DNA of 64,000 bases, taken from assembly GCA_024137785.1 (NCBI GenBank), contig JAHRHZ010000022.1:31518024-31582023 (forward strand), read 5' to 3'. Of this stretch, positions 62,078-64,000 are shown one piece after another. The DNA comes from Ginglymostoma cirratum (taxonomy: Eukaryota). Within the stretch, counting starts at the first letter, position 1; the number at the start of each line of letters is the position of its first letter. The position numbers and the translations under genes were made by a program. Below the pieces are notes generated by a model. It saw only the letters and a program-made list of their open reading frames with translations, was not told the DNA's origin and did not search any database.

Positions 62078-62310
62078 AGATAACACACAGTGTGGAGCTG
62101 GAGGAACACAGCAGGCCAGGCAGCATCAGAGGAGCAGGAAAGCTGATGTTTCAGGTCGGGACCCAAATTTTCTGAAGAAGGGTCCCGACCTGAAACGTCA
62201 CGTTTCCTGCTCCTCTGATGCTGCTTGGCCTGCTGTGTTCCTCCAGCTCCACACTGTGTCATCTCTGACTCCAGCGTTGGCAGTTCTCACTGTCTCTGAG
62301 TGAGTCATAC
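62078..62310. mobile_element. Hairpin Penelope-like terminal element (F1) with ~14-bp TSD
   Basis: About 85-bp arms around centre CCCAAATTTTCTGAAGAAGGG. TSD-like CAAAGTAGCTACTA (62064-62077) and CAAAGTATCTCCTA (62311-62324). Confidence 0.92.
62172..62199 (+). ncRNA. Minimal hammerhead ribozyme motif with intact core
   Basis: CUGAAGA (62172-62178), A, stem II GGGU/ACCU with a CCCG loop, GAAA (62192-62195), palindromic ACGU, GUC cleavage triplet ending 62199. Confidence 0.65.
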
Positions 62311-63269
62311 CAAAGTATCTCCTACCTCTTTTGCCATCACTTTAAAGACTCTCTTCAAACTCTTCAGTGCTTGAGAACAACTTAATTTGGTGGGCCAGTC
62401 CCAGAAGAGGCAATGCAGACCCCTGATTGCTATCTAGCTGGCAGCTTGCGTACACATCACCACTATTGAATCCAGTCCGTGATTTAATTTTCGAAAATCC
62501 TCACAGAACTTCCACAGCACGTTGAACTTCGGTACCAAAACTATAGTTTGAGCATTCATTGAGAGACTGTTATTGCCCTATAAAAAGCATCCCTACTTCC
62601 TTTGCCTAATTTTTTTGTATTTTTAGTTGCTGCAGTGTTTTTAGTTCTTTGTTCGGGTGAACCCCCCGATTTTTCAGCCCTAACGTTAATCTCGCCTGGA
62701 AAACGCCCTTACCGATTAATTAGCACTATTTTTGAATAGCTTCTGACTGCCTAGACACTCAATCTACAATCAGTTGAGTATCTCTTGGTGCCCTTTCCAA
62801 AGGTTGCACTAGACCTACAGCAATTCTTTCAAAGGCTACCTCAATTATGGGAGGAGAGATTAATGGGTCATCCAGTACTATTTGTCAGTCTGGACAGAAA
62901 TTACAATACACTTGCATTTTGTTATAAATCTCAAGTTGAAGGAATTATGATTTTCTCCTTTTTTTCCTACATTGGTGCGCTGCCCCACAATTGTTTACAC
63001 AACAGATCTAACCTTAGCTGTTGAAAGGGTTTTGCAACTAACAGTGATTTCATCTCCGATCTCTTTTCCACGGTGACTGGTCTTCCTGCATAACAAGTCA
63101 TTCTCGATTAAATAGTAAAAAGACCGACCCTCTTCAATTTACCTTCTGTTAGCTGAACATAATGCAATTTGCCATTTTATTGAGTTTTCTGCCCTAAGGA
63201 AGATCTGATCCACAACTTCCAAAAGGTTAGGCCAAGGAGATAGGTCCTGAATTCACCCTAGCTGGAAAT

Positions 63270-63620
63270 TCTATGCACTTGGCTCCAATCTGATATACAT
63301 CAACCATCTCGCCAACTCGGTCAACCAGTTGCCCCATGGAGTCCACGTTATTGTGGCAACATGCACTTTTGCATACATATTGTATCCTGGACCTATGGGT
63401 AGTAATGGTAGATGTTCCATTTGCTTTTCATCACATGGGTGACCAAGAGTCATTTCTGTCTTTACTGACAACCTATGGCATCTTTTGAAAGGATTTACAA
63501 GGTATAGACAACCTCCTTGGTGCATTTTGAATGCATCTTCTCAGCTCATCAAGCCATGAGTAGGACTTGAACCAAGAATTTCTTAGAGGCAAGAACACTC
63601 CCCACTGTGTCCCATTAGCC
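63270..63620 (-). mobile_element. tRNA-SINE (family of 46985), degraded
   Basis: Minus head GGGACACAGTGGGGAGTGTTCTTGCCTCT..TGGTTCAAGTCCTACTC has A/B-box-like motifs. Confidence 0.55.
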
Positions 63621-64000
63621 AATCCTGCTTTGGTTTTGTCATTTGTGATTGGTCAGGACATTCACCTGTACTCTTGAAACTTGGCATATACACTTGTGTC
63701 CCACATTCTCCTGAACAGGGCTTCTCCCTCTACATCTAATGAAGTTTGCTTGAGAAGTGAAAAGGATTGCAACGTGATTTCCTGTTGTTAAAATAGAATC
63801 CTGTCCTCTCGTTGTTTGAGCCTTATTCAGCTTCAACTCTCCTTGAGATTTTCATTTCTCATTGGAGCTCTTGTACAGTGTTTAGCTGCTTCTGGTATAC
63901 AATTATGGCCTGCATGAATATTCTCCCAATTTCCTTCCTGATTGTGGGTCTTGGCTTTGGTTCTGAGTGCTGGATCTGACTCCCAATTCATCTATGCATC

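Larger units (their letters stand above)
61400..62385 (-). mobile_element. CR1 RT fragment interrupted by an F1 hairpin
   Basis: GNSNPVSLTSVIGKLLELIVKE and DLQNAFDKM; degenerate FADDT at ~61475. Confidence 0.85.

Noticed and set aside
61759-62262. 167-aa ORF (-)
   Set aside because: Chimeric read-through of the F1 hairpin into a CR1 RT fragment, not a gene.

Overview
Eukaryotic, AT-rich, repeat-dense non-genic or intronic DNA. The repeat families (HE1-type V-SINEs, Deu-domain SINEs, shark-type CR1 LINEs, Penelope-like termini) point to a cartilaginous fish, probably a shark; this is an inference from remembered consensus sequences, not a search. I find no intact protein-coding gene, rRNA, true tRNA or CRISPR array, and almost all listed ORFs are chance frames or decayed transposon frames. 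The window holds many 5'-truncated CR1-clade LINEs of two families, several tRNA-derived SINE families, at least six PIF/Harbinger relics (Myb/SANT-like gene and HARBI1-like DDE transposase remnants), LTR-like fragments and microsatellites. It also has a ~290-bp local duplication, one weak candidate terminal exon (18339-18556) and repeat-poor blocks that look like conserved non-coding elements (~39-43.5 kb, ~50 kb). The most distinctive signal is a set of about 11 short Penelope-like terminal fragments from 4-5 families. Six are hairpins (inverted repeats), and several have 7-14 bp target-site duplications. Most carry a minimal hammerhead-ribozyme motif (CUGANGA-stem II-GAAA-palindromic helix III), and their 5' ends or hairpin centres repeatedly fall within a few bases of the ribozyme core. 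Boundaries of old repeats are approximate (tens of bp).
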